Shown here: positions 28,307 to 37,921 of the stretch, one piece after another
Position numbering within the stretch: position 1 is the first letter of the stretch
Layout of the letters: each line of letters opens with the position of its first letter
Assembly: GCA_965248195.1 (NCBI GenBank)
Contig: CBDFIQ010000002.1
Span: 160,001 to 224,000, forward strand
Length of the DNA: 64,000 nt
Direction: 5' to 3'
Origin: Longimicrobiales bacterium
GTDB lineage: Bacteria; Gemmatimonadota; Gemmatimonadetes; Longimicrobiales; Gaopeijiaceae
Notes under the pieces: model-generated
The model's database searches: none
What the model was told of the DNA's origin: nothing
What the model saw: the letters and a program-made list of their open reading frames with translations, nothing else
Program-made: the position numbers and the translations under genes

Positions 28307-28540
28307 AAACGGCGCGGACGTGACCGGGTGGTGCGTGTGAGTCGCCGCCGATCGACGACTGGAGCAACGGCACCGAAGAAGGCATCGAGGAAGACTTCGA
28401 CGAAAAGTCGGACGAAGAGTACGACGAAAGGTACGACGAACAGTACGACGAAACGTACGACGAAACGTACGACGAGGAGTAAGAAGAAGGCTGCGACGAA
28501 GAGGACGAGAAAGACTACGAAGGCAAAAAAAAGGTTCTGA
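28307..28540 (+). pseudogene. displaced 3' end of the diguanylate cyclase with Lys/Thr/Arg-rich tail
   Basis: KRRGRDRVV continues ALYQA; 12-bp repeats (GTACGACGAAAC-like) encode xTTK units. Confidence 0.85.
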
Positions 28541-28545
28541 CGTAA

Positions 28546-29295
28546 CTACCGGCCACCGTCGCTCGGGCTCGTAACGAGGTTGTGGAAAATCCAGCCATCC
28601 CGTCCCTCGTCGTCCGTGATCCGCACCCACTGCTGCGTATACGAGTGCCCCACCAGCGGCGTTGCAGGATCGAGCGTAAAGAGCACACGAAATCCGAGCC
28701 CCGGCCCCGTGCGCACGTTGCTGCGCCGCGCCGTTGCCAGCGGCACCGGCAACGCGAACAGTACTTCCGTGGGCCGCCGGTCCCCCTGCCTTTCGCTGGT
28801 GAGCCGGAACTCTCCCGCACGGGCCGCGCTGCGGGCCTGGCTCGCCAGGTAAAGCGCACCACCGTAGTTCTCATCGCCGAACTCGGTTGCGCTGAGCATT
28901 AGGAGGTGGCGCGCCTCGATGGATTCAGGCACGTCGTCATCCCCCGCAGCATCGGTAACGGCCTGCACTCCGATTTCGGCTTCCGCCATTGCCGACGCCG
29001 CTTCGGCACGACTGGCCAAGGTCTGCAATCGCGCCATGGCGCGCACGGCTTCTCGTCGCGCCGCATCGAGTTGACGTTGGAGGTTTTCCACCTGGGCCGT
29101 GCGCTCCAGGAGTTGGAGCTGCCCGGTGGCGACGCGCTGTTGGAGCTCCGGATCCGCGCGAACCTCTACGGTGTCGACCACCACCCTCTCGGGTGCCCGT
29201 GTCCCTAGCCGTGCGCCGCTGGCGCACGCCGCCAAGGATACGCTGCACGCGCTGCACAGCACCCATCGGAATCGAAAAGCCAGGTGGTTCCTCAT
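28546..29295 (-). CDS. lipoprotein with coiled coil and C-terminal SH3b domain
   Basis: LAAC lipobox; NVRTGPG...WVRI...GWI. Confidence 0.8.
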   Translation of the reverse strand: MRNHLAFRFRWVLCSACSVSLAACASGARLGTRAPERVVVDTVEVRADPELQQRVATGQLQLLERTAQVENLQRQLDAARREAVRAMARLQTLASRAEAASAMAEAEIGVQAVTDAAGDDDVPESIEARHLLMLSATEFGDENYGGALYLASQARSAARAGEFRLTSERQGDRRPTEVLFALPVPLATARRSNVRTGPGLGFRVLFTLDPATPLVGHSYTQQWVRITDDEGRDGWIFHNLVTSPSDGGR

Positions 29296-29661
29296 AACAA
29301 AAAGATGTGCACGCCCGGCCCACACCGCCATGAAATTGTTTCGCTTGGACGAGCCGAGCGGTGAGATCGAAAACAACTCGAGGCCGCCCGTTGGCCGCCA
29401 ACCGGCCTCCGATTGGCTAAATCGTTTGGCCAAACCGTGCCGATTTGGTCACTTTTCCCGATCCTTGTCGGGCGGAAGAGGCCGAAAGCTCCTGATTCGC
29501 CCCCGATTTCAGCTTTTTTCGGGGTTCCAGACCCCACCGTGCCTGGCACGAGCTTTGCGATGAGTTAGATGACGGCTCTCCGAGGGGGTGTGCAAGCGAA
29601 CGCGCCTCGAACGTCCCCCTCTGAGATAGCAGCAAAGATAATTAGGGACCTGGAGGCGACG

Positions 29662-30270
29662 GTGCGGAAGATCTATCTACTGGGACTGCTCTACGTTGGC
29701 TTGAGCTTGGTGTACCTCATGGCGGCCGGGGACCCAGATGTGGTCCTTGATGATCCTCCCTTCACGGTCACCATCAACGTCCAGGGCGGGTCCAACGAGG
29801 GCCCCGTGGAACCCGTGGACGCCGTGGGCTGGTTCCGCACCATGAAGGCCTACTGTAACCCGGTGGAGGTGGATACCCGGCTCACATGGAGTCCGGCTCC
29901 CTCATCCGCCGACGGCACCGCGTACGAGGCCGCTTGTTTTGCACTCGCCGGGCGCATCGACTCGGCCCGGGACCGGATTCTCCAACTGCCCGAGGATCAG
30001 CGGTGGAACGCGGCCGGGGTGGTATTCAATGTCGGACATCCGGTTGCGGACGCCGGTGACGACCGTGCCGCCGGCCCCATCATGGAGCTGGTGGTGGAGT
30101 TTTGGCCTAACCATTACATGGCCCTCTATCACGCGGGGGCCGCACGCTACGCCCTGGGCGATCATTCGCCCGCCCATCGGTACCTCGTGAGCTTCCTCGA
30201 GCACTACGCATCCGACGATGGCTGGCGTCGGAATGCCCTGAGCATGATCGCGGAGATCGAGGCCCGATGA
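29662..30270 (+). CDS. membrane-anchored TPR-like protein
   Basis: GGAGG RBS before GTG; N-terminal TM; PNHYMALYHAGAARYALG. Confidence 0.65.
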   Translation: MRKIYLLGLLYVGLSLVYLMAAGDPDVVLDDPPFTVTINVQGGSNEGPVEPVDAVGWFRTMKAYCNPVEVDTRLTWSPAPSSADGTAYEAACFALAGRIDSARDRILQLPEDQRWNAAGVVFNVGHPVADAGDDRAAGPIMELVVEFWPNHYMALYHAGAARYALGDHSPAHRYLVSFLEHYASDDGWRRNALSMIAEIEAR

Positions 30271-31262
30271 GGGATGCCCCGACTTCAGTGAGGGAGGTCG
30301 GCTCCTGCGTTCTTTGCAGCGGTCCCGACAGCCTCGACCTTGCGGTCTGCCTCGATTGCGCGAGTCGCACGGGGGACGGCCTCGTGTTCGTGCGTCAATC
30401 CATCCGGAAGGCTGAGCGCGCGAGGATCGTCGAGCATCTACACGGAATCCTACCGCCAGGGGTCGAGTGGGAAGAGTTCAAGTTGGCTGCCAAGGGCTAT
30501 TTGCCGCTGGCTTCGGTGCCTTTCCCTGCTGCCAAGCAGGTTCTCGAGGCCTTCGCCCGCAAAAGTGTGCCGGCCCAACTCATTCCGAGGCGTTGGGGGG
30601 TGGCTCCGATTCCGCCGGGCCTCGGACTCGTGCTCTTGTCCGTGTTGATGGCGGGCACCCTGGTAGGTCTCGTTTCGGGTCAACTACTCTTCTTTGGGAG
30701 CGCCCTTTACGCCGGCCTTCTCTGGATTCTGGCCCAAATCCATCTCCGGAGACCGGCCGCGTGCGCGGGCAAAAGCGATCCTTGGCTTCCCCGCGACGTC
30801 GAGGAGCGCTTGGTGACGGCTCTCATGAGCTTGCCCGTGGGGACCCCGCGCACGCTCCTTTCGGATGCGGTTCGCCTCGGACGTCTCCTGTGGGAGAGAG
30901 CGAGGGTGACCGAGGACGTCGACATCGTACAGGACACATCCGAGCTCCTGGCTCTCGCCGCCGACGCCGCCACGGATCTGGCGCGGGTCGAGGAGGCCCG
31001 CCGGGTCATGGCGGGCCAGAGAGCCGAGGGCGCGACGGCACCCGTCTCAGATACAGGGGCCCTGCAGGCCATCGAAGCCTCTCGTCAGCGGCTCCACGAC
31101 CTCCTCCTCGACACGGTTCGGGCCATGGGCGGCGCCAACCGACGTCTGCCCGAAGCCGGGGGCCAAGCCGCCGAGCTGGCCCACCTGGCCGACGCCATCG
31201 AGACCAGTCGCGTTGCCCAGGCGGGAGCCGTCGCCGAAGTGGAGCGGCTGCTGGTGTCCTGA
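30267..31262 (+). CDS. hypothetical membrane protein with N-terminal CxxC/CxxC and helical C-terminus
   Basis: CVLC...CLDC, two TM helices, ATGA coupling. Confidence 0.65.
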   Translation: MRDAPTSVREVGSCVLCSGPDSLDLAVCLDCASRTGDGLVFVRQSIRKAERARIVEHLHGILPPGVEWEEFKLAAKGYLPLASVPFPAAKQVLEAFARKSVPAQLIPRRWGVAPIPPGLGLVLLSVLMAGTLVGLVSGQLLFFGSALYAGLLWILAQIHLRRPAACAGKSDPWLPRDVEERLVTALMSLPVGTPRTLLSDAVRLGRLLWERARVTEDVDIVQDTSELLALAADAATDLARVEEARRVMAGQRAEGATAPVSDTGALQAIEASRQRLHDLLLDTVRAMGGANRRLPEAGGQAAELAHLADAIETSRVAQAGAVAEVERLLVS

Positions 31263-31392
31263 GTCAGAATTCCAGCGAGTTTGGTGGGGATTTGCCATCG
31301 CGTGTTTCAAGGCTGTAATGTGTGGGTCCCGTCACGCGAATCCGAGTGGATCGATCCTCCATTCCCCTACACAACGACGCAAGGAGTCAGTG

Positions 31393-31968
31393 ATGAGCAG
31401 CCCTGAGATGAGCTCTAGCGATACCCCCATCGACAACGGCGTGAACGTCCAAGCGCTGCTCGACGCACGGAAAGCGCTGGCCGAGGCGCCTGAGGCCGCC
31501 GAGTTCCAGTGGCGGGCGAAGTGTGAGTGGGTGGAGGGCACCCGCAGTCGCTCCACAGTGGAGGGATTCTTCGGACTCGGCGAGGAGCAGAATCACAAGA
31601 GTGAATTCACCTTCGACGCCGACCACCCCGAGGTCTTCGCGTCGGAAGACCGTGGTGCGACGCCGGTCGAGATCGTGCTGGCCGGCCTGGCGAGCTGCCT
31701 CACTGCCGGCATCGCGTCCGTCGCCCAGCTTCGTGAGATCCAGCTGCATTCCGTCACCGCGACCGTCGAGGGTGGGATGGACATCCAGGGCATCCTCGGC
31801 ATGGACAGCGACGTACGGAACGGTTTCCACGGTATCAAGGTGACCTACACGATCGACGCAGACGCAACATCCGACGAGATCAAGGCGATCGTCGCCCAGT
31901 CGCAGAAGCGGTCGGCCGTCTTCGACGCGATCACGAACCCAACGAACGTCACGATGGTGTCCCGCTGA
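31393..31968 (+). CDS. OsmC/Ohr family protein (last 4 residues replaced by IS256)
   Basis: NGVNV, ADHP, TPVE..LAGLASCLT, SQKRSAVFDAITNP. Confidence 0.9.
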   Translation: MSSPEMSSSDTPIDNGVNVQALLDARKALAEAPEAAEFQWRAKCEWVEGTRSRSTVEGFFGLGEEQNHKSEFTFDADHPEVFASEDRGATPVEIVLAGLASCLTAGIASVAQLREIQLHSVTATVEGGMDIQGILGMDSDVRNGFHGIKVTYTIDADATSDEIKAIVAQSQKRSAVFDAITNPTNVTMVSR

Positions 31969-33409
31969 CAGTTGAAGGTGGTGGCTCCGGAGAGTCTCCT
32001 TGTTAGCCTGCCTTTCTCATTTCGGCAACCGGTTCATGGTCGTCGAGGTGGGCCCTGAGCATCCAGAGCTGGTCGTAGCCGATGATCCTCCGGTAGCTCT
32101 TCTCGGTCTCCACGAACGAGGCCGCAGCCCAGCGCAAGGCCATCGCTCCGTTCTTCCAGTTGGTCACCCTGCGGGTCTTCTGTCTTACGCCCGAGTGGGT
32201 GCTGTCGATCAGGTTGGTCGAGCCCAGGCACTTCCTCAGCCGCGGCGGGAGGCCGAGCCGGTTGATCGTGAACATCTCGCTGAGGCCTTCGCGTAGGCTG
32301 GCCGAGGCCGAGGGGTGGTCGCGCTCGAGCCATCGGGCGAGCTGCTCGAGCTTCTGCTCGCCCTGCTTCGCGTCCAGCTTCATCGCCGCCCGGAACGCCG
32401 CCTTCACCTGAGGATGCTGATCCTTCGGCAGATGACCCAGCACGTTGCGGAGCTTGTGGTTGCGGCAGCGCTGGATGGGGTGACGTTGGCCGAACACCTT
32501 CTCGATCGCCTTCCTGAGCGCTTTCGAGCCATCGATCACGAACAGCCGCCGCCTGCCCGGGTCCAGGCCGCGCTCGACCAGATCCTCTAGGAGCGCGCTG
32601 GTCACCTCGGCGTTCTCACTCGCTCCTTCCCTCACGCCCAGCACGTGCTTCTTTCCGTCTGAGTCCACGCCTACCGCAGCAAGCACGTGGTGCGAGCCCA
32701 TCTGGATCCCGTCCAGGTAGATCACCAGGAGGTCCCACGCATCCAGCCGGCGCTCCATCAGCTCCTTCAGCACGCGCTCCGAGGCCTCGACCGTCTCACG
32801 GCTCACCGCCGACTTGCTCACCCCGACCGTGTCGGCCATCTCACCGATCACACGGCCGTACTTCCGCGTGCTCACCCCCGCCATCAGGACCTCGAGCATC
32901 CGATCCGCCACGGCGCCCGGTCTCCGCATCGCTGCGTACGCCGGCACCTCGACCTCGCCACCCTCCCCGGCGCCCCGGCGCCTGAGCCGTGGCCGCTCCA
33001 CACGCACCTTCCGGTCCGACAGGTAAACCACACCACCCTGCCGGCCATACCACACCGTGTCGTCTTCCGCTCGTGACCGACCTGCCTGCTTCACGCCTGC
33101 CACACCCTCGGCGCTCATCTCCAGCACCGCTTCGATCGTCGCTCGTCCCATCACCTGGATGACTTCGTCGATCGCGACCTCCGTCTGCTCCACGAGCTCA
33201 AGCATCGGAAGCAGAAACTGCCCCTCCCGCTTCAGGAACTCCCTGATCGCGCGCTTGTCCGCCCGATCCCTTACCTCGTACGTTCTCTTCATCGTGGTGG
33301 CTCCGTGTTGGGGTTTTTGCCTACCCGAGCCTATCGGCCCGGGACCCCCGGAGCCACCACTTTTCTTTCTCCCCTATCAGGAACCTTCAACTACGGTTGG
33401 GACAGCTTC
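31953..33409 (-). mobile_element. IS256-family insertion sequence (1457 bp)
   Basis: 8-bp TSD AACGTCAC at 31945-31952 and 33410-33417; 27-bp imperfect IRs GATGGTGTCCC...AGTTGAAGGT / GAAGCTGTCCC...AGTTGAAGGT. Confidence 0.95.
32003..33292 (-). CDS. IS256-family (Mutator) transposase
   Basis: GVSTR, IYLDG, VIDGSKAL, QRCRNHKLRN, STNLIDS. Confidence 0.95.
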   Translation of the reverse strand: MKRTYEVRDRADKRAIREFLKREGQFLLPMLELVEQTEVAIDEVIQVMGRATIEAVLEMSAEGVAGVKQAGRSRAEDDTVWYGRQGGVVYLSDRKVRVERPRLRRRGAGEGGEVEVPAYAAMRRPGAVADRMLEVLMAGVSTRKYGRVIGEMADTVGVSKSAVSRETVEASERVLKELMERRLDAWDLLVIYLDGIQMGSHHVLAAVGVDSDGKKHVLGVREGASENAEVTSALLEDLVERGLDPGRRRLFVIDGSKALRKAIEKVFGQRHPIQRCRNHKLRNVLGHLPKDQHPQVKAAFRAAMKLDAKQGEQKLEQLARWLERDHPSASASLREGLSEMFTINRLGLPPRLRKCLGSTNLIDSTHSGVRQKTRRVTNWKNGAMALRWAAASFVETEKSYRRIIGYDQLWMLRAHLDDHEPVAEMRKAG

Positions 33410-33429
33410 AACGTCACGGTCGAAGTCAA

Positions 33430-34743
33430 CTGACCCGGGAAAGCGGGATTCGAGGACAGGGTCCCGCCCGCACAACTACGGTCGTCATCGGGGCTGGCCA
33501 CGCCGGTTTGGCCATGAGCCGCTGCCTCGCCGACCGCTCGATCGACCATGTGGTCCTCGAGCGGGGTGAGGTGGCCAACACCTGGAAGACCGAGCGGTGG
33601 GACTCGCTGCGGCTACTGACGCCCAACTGGCAGAGTCGATTGCCGGGCTACGGATACGAGGGCGACGATCCTGACGGCTTCCGCACCATGCCCGAGACGA
33701 TCGACTTCATCGAGCGGTACGCCGAGGTGATTTCGGCCCCGGTCCACGCCGGAACCACCGTGACCGCGGTGCGCGGTAGCGGCGAGGGCTACATCGTCGC
33801 CACCGACCAGGGCGATTGGCGATGCCGGACGGTCGTTATCGCTAGCGGAGCGTTTGCCATCCCGCGAATCCCGGCGGTCGCGGAGGCGGTGCCGTTCTCG
33901 ATCGCGACGCTCACGCCGAAGGAGTACCACAACCCGGACCAGCTCGAGCAGGGTGGCGTGCTGATCGTCGGCGCCTCGGCAAGCGGCACACAGATTGCCT
34001 CAGAGATCCACCGCTCGGGTCGGCCCGTGACACTCGCCCTGGGCGAGCACATCCGGGCGCCCCGCGTCTATCGGGGAAAAGACATCAAATGGTGGATGGA
34101 CGGAGCCGGGGTGCTGGACGAGTTCTATACCGAGGTCGACAACATCGACCGGGTTCGGAACGTGCCATCGCTTCAGCTCACGGGCTCCGACGACCGTCGC
34201 ACCCTCGATCTCAACTCCCTGACGGACATCGGCGTGAAGCTCATAGGTCGTCTTGCCGGCATCAACGACGGTATGGCCCAGTTTTCGGGTGCGCTGCGGA
34301 ACCTGTGCGAGATGTCGGACCTCAAAATGAACAGGTTGCTCGACAGGATCGACGATTGGGCGACCGAAAACTCCCTCGACGACGCGGTCGATCCACCGCA
34401 CCGCCTCGAACCCACCAGGGTCGAGGCTTCGCCGCCGCTCGGTATGGACCTCACGAGCGGCGAGATCCGGACCATCCTTTGGGCGACCGGGTTCCGCCCC
34501 GACCACTCCTGGCTCGACGTCCCAGTTCTCGACCGCAAGGGCCGCATCCGGCACGACGGTGGCGTGGTTGAGGCTGCCGGGATGTATTTGATGGGCGTTC
34601 CGTTCCTCCGGCGTCGCAAATCGAGTCTCATCGACGGCGCCAGCGACGATGCCCGTGACTTGAGCGCCCACCTGGCGGCCTACCTCGATGGGAAATCTCC
34701 AGGCGCCGCTGTGCCTGAAGACAGAGTCTCGGCCGTCGGCTAG
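33430..34743 (+). CDS. FAD/NAD(P)-dependent flavoprotein (FMO-like)
   Basis: VIGAGHAG, ERWDSLRLLTPNW, VGASASGTQIA, WATGFRPD; start codon unclear. Confidence 0.85.
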   Translation: MTRESGIRGQGPARTTTVVIGAGHAGLAMSRCLADRSIDHVVLERGEVANTWKTERWDSLRLLTPNWQSRLPGYGYEGDDPDGFRTMPETIDFIERYAEVISAPVHAGTTVTAVRGSGEGYIVATDQGDWRCRTVVIASGAFAIPRIPAVAEAVPFSIATLTPKEYHNPDQLEQGGVLIVGASASGTQIASEIHRSGRPVTLALGEHIRAPRVYRGKDIKWWMDGAGVLDEFYTEVDNIDRVRNVPSLQLTGSDDRRTLDLNSLTDIGVKLIGRLAGINDGMAQFSGALRNLCEMSDLKMNRLLDRIDDWATENSLDDAVDPPHRLEPTRVEASPPLGMDLTSGEIRTILWATGFRPDHSWLDVPVLDRKGRIRHDGGVVEAAGMYLMGVPFLRRRKSSLIDGASDDARDLSAHLAAYLDGKSPGAAVPEDRVSAVG

Positions 34744-34757
34744 GCCACGGCGGGCGG

Positions 34758-35946
34758 CTACACCACAGCGGGCGGGGCCACGAACTCCTGGTCCAAGGTG
34801 CGCAGCAGGCCGACCTCGGCGTTCATCTCTCGGCTTAGGACCAGATGGTCCTCCTTGGCTTCATCCAGATCCCACTCGAACGAGGCGATGTGGTCCGTGA
34901 CGTCGAGCAGACCCTTCACCAGGCCGTCCCGGGTTTCTTGATAACCGGCTAACGCGCCCTCACCGCCGTCCACCACGGCCCGGGCTAGAAGCTCGGCGTC
35001 ACGCAGGGCATCGGTGATCCCGTGCGCGGTAATGGGATCCTTGAAGTAGCCTGCGTCACCGACCAGAGTCCATCCAGGTCCGGAAGCGCGTCGGAGGAAG
35101 CCGGTCGTGCCCGCGAAAGCTCGCAGCTTGCCGGAGGCCTCGCTTGCGTTGACGCTGCGCGCCAGTTCGCGAGACTTCGCTCAGCACGGCGTGGTAAAGG
35201 GCGTCGAGGCCATTCCTTCGCTCCTCTTCGAAGCGAGTCGGCGGAAGCGAAGCGAAGACGCACGTATCCCCATCATTCGTCGGGATGGATCCCACGGCGC
35301 CGCCTATGTTGTAGAGCCAGTGGAATCCCTCCCACCCCAGATCTTTCCAGTAGCCGTAGATGGAGGCGGTCGTGTGGAGGACGGTGTAGTCGAGCTCGGC
35401 TTCCAGAATCCGTGCGACGCGCGATCGGACACCGTCGGCCCCGATGACGAGATCGGCGGCCACATCGATCACGTGTTGGTCGGCTCCGGCGATGTTCGCA
35501 CCGCGGATGCGGCCGTGGGAATCCCGAAGGACATCGACGACGGAGTAGCCGTAGATCACCTCGGCACCGGCTGCCAGAGCGGCGTCGCAAAGTATCGTGT
35601 CCAGGACGGTCCGACGCGGAGCATACAACCCGTCTACATCGTCCCGCTCCTTGATCGAGACTTCGATGGCCTCCTCACCGTAATGGAAGGTGGTCGTCCG
35701 GATGGTGGGGGTCTCGGCCGCCCGGATCGCATCCAGCAGGCCCCAGCGGTGCAGTTGGAGCACGCCGCCCCGCATGAGCGCGTGGGTCGACAAGGTGTCG
35801 CTGCCTCGGCTGGTAGGGTCGACCACGAGGACCCGCATCCCCTGACGGGCGAGGAGCATCGCGGTGGACGCGCCCGCGCATCGCGCGCCGGCGATGACAA
35901 CGTCATAGCGGTTCCGCGTGATCGGCGACTGCACGGTGGAGGCCAT
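34758..35946 (-). pseudogene. FAD-dependent oxidoreductase (geranylgeranyl-reductase-like), frameshifted near 35170
   Basis: GARCAG, IGADGVRS; after the shift LVGDAGYFKDPITAHGITDALRD, reading to 34758. Confidence 0.85.
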
Positions 35947-36002
35947 AGGCCGCAACATGCGGGTCGGCTACACGGGCATCAAGCTCCGTCCACCGCCTGA
36001 TC

Positions 36003-36722
36003 TCAGCCCGGCGTCCTGTCCCGAGTCGGGTCGGATCCCTGGGGAACGGGCCGCGCATTGGGCCGTCGGTCGGGACCCCCGGGTCTCCCGTCGTGGCGCA
36101 CGCGGCGGAGTGACACACCATCCCTCATGGCCCGGAGCATTTGTCCTGCGGCGTCCGGGGCCAGAGCCCCCTCACGCACCAGTCGGCGCAGTGCGGTGGG
36201 TACGTCGAGCAAGCCCTCCTCGCCGGTGGTCCTCACGAACGCTTCCCGCATCACCTCCATGGCCCGTCCCGCGGAAACCCCGGCATCCAGCAGATCGCCC
36301 ATGACCACGAGCGCCATGGGTGTCCGTGTGCCCGCTTCTCGCCCGATCGACGTCAGGGCGTCCGCCGCGACTCCGCGACGCAGGGCGTCGGCCCCGGCCA
36401 CGACCCATGCCGCATCAGGGGTGCCGCCCAGGAGGCCCTGAGCCCGCTGCATCCGTCCCGAAAACTCTCGGAGCGCCGGCATGACCCGTGCGGCGGGGAC
36501 CCGCTTCGCGGCCCCTTCGAGCGCCTTGTCGTACAGAGGGCCGACCGGAACTCCGTTGCGCCCGGCCTGCTCCACGACAGCTTCGATCTGTGCCGCCGCC
36601 TCGAGGGAGTAGGCCTGCCGGAGGCGGGCCACCTGATCCTGTGCGAGCAGAGCGTTCGCCGAGCTAGCGGCCAAAACCGCCGCCAGGATGAGGCTTCTCT
36701 TTACCGTCATTTCGTAAATCAT
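36003..36722 (-). CDS. hypothetical secreted helical protein
   Basis: RBS, signal peptide ending LLA-Q, KALEGAAK motif; last gene of the ECF operon. Confidence 0.7.
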   Translation of the reverse strand: MIYEMTVKRSLILAAVLAASSANALLAQDQVARLRQAYSLEAAAQIEAVVEQAGRNGVPVGPLYDKALEGAAKRVPAARVMPALREFSGRMQRAQGLLGGTPDAAWVVAGADALRRGVAADALTSIGREAGTRTPMALVVMGDLLDAGVSAGRAMEVMREAFVRTTGEEGLLDVPTALRRLVREGALAPDAAGQMLRAMRDGVSLRRVRHDGRPGGPDRRPNARPVPQGSDPTRDRTPG

Positions 36723-36736
36723 CTTGAGTCCCCCCT

Positions 36737-37919
36737 TCACGGGACAACGATTGTAGCGTTCATCTGTCCCCAGTCGTCGCTCACTTGACCCGGGGCCCCC
36801 TCCGGCACGAACCACTCACCGTCGACCAGGAAGCCGAAGTGGTACGTACCGGCCGCCAACGGAATCTCCAGGACCCACGCCCGACCATCTTGGACCATGG
36901 CTTGGGGCTCCCAGCCCGAGAAATCACCTAGGACCTCTATGCGTTGAAGCAGGCCGGTCTTCCACACGGAATTGGGCCGCGGCTCCTCCTGACGTCGACC
37001 GTAACGCCACCACCGGTGTCGCCCCGCGCGGACCGAACCGGACCAGACGGCGACCGATGACCAGGCCTCCCTGTCCACCGGGCTCGCTTCGCACCAGCGG
37101 ATCCGGGTCGGTGCGGCCGCCCACCAACCGGGCGAACCAGTTGGGACCACCCAGCGGCAACGTCACCGAGATGATTCCCGTGGTTTCGCTTCCCAGCGGC
37201 GTGTCCCACACGCTGAGGGTGGCTGTGATGAGGGAACGGTCCGTGCCGGCGCGGACCTGGAGCTCGCTCCTTCGATACGTCCCGGTCTCCGTCTCCAGGA
37301 CGCCATAGGACGCCGACGTCAGCGTCCTTCCGAGCCGTAACTGCAGCTCGGGCCCCCAACCGTGGTGCCAGAGGTCTTGTGAGAACACCCTCACCGCATC
37401 AAGCCGTCGCAGCTCGACCGTGGACGTTCCCTTGCCTCCCTCGCCATAAAGGACGATGGCGACCGGTCCCACGGGAATGCGCACTTCTGGCCGCGCCACC
37501 ATGGTCAGAGCCTGATAGGTGTACGGCTCGCCGACGGCAAAGCCGTACATGGACGCCGACAAGCTGAGCTGGACCGGTCCACCCGCACCGGTCACCGCCT
37601 CTCCGCCGAGAGCGAAGCTCCCCCAATCCCCGCCTATGGCGCCGGTGGTCATCCCTCCGAAGACGCCCGCGAAGACCCCACTTCCCGAGGGCGTCCAGCG
37701 ATCCACCTGCAGCCCGGCCGTGAGGTAGGTCGCGGCCGGGATGTCGGTGCCCGACGGGGCAAATGCTCGGGAGCCCCCGACCTCGATGCGCACCTCACCC
37801 CCCTGGCCGAACGCACCGGCAGGGCGCAATGCGAGCGCCAGGAGAATCGCTCCCGCCGTCCGGCTGAAACATGCCCCGAGGGCGAGGCGGGCTCCGCGGG
37901 CGGAGGGTCGGGTACGCAT
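36737..37919 (-). pseudogene. exported (possible outer-membrane) protein with C-terminal CBM48/AMPK-type glycogen-binding domain, frameshifted near 36947
   Basis: Signal peptide and amphipathic beta-strands; shifted frame gives IEVLGDFSGW...GTYHFGFLVDG...DDWG. Confidence 0.78.
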
Positions 37920-37921
37920 GC

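Noticed and set aside
28382..28520. 12-bp repeats as a CRISPR or iteron array
   Set aside because: No spacers, and the repeats are in frame with the displaced DGC tail
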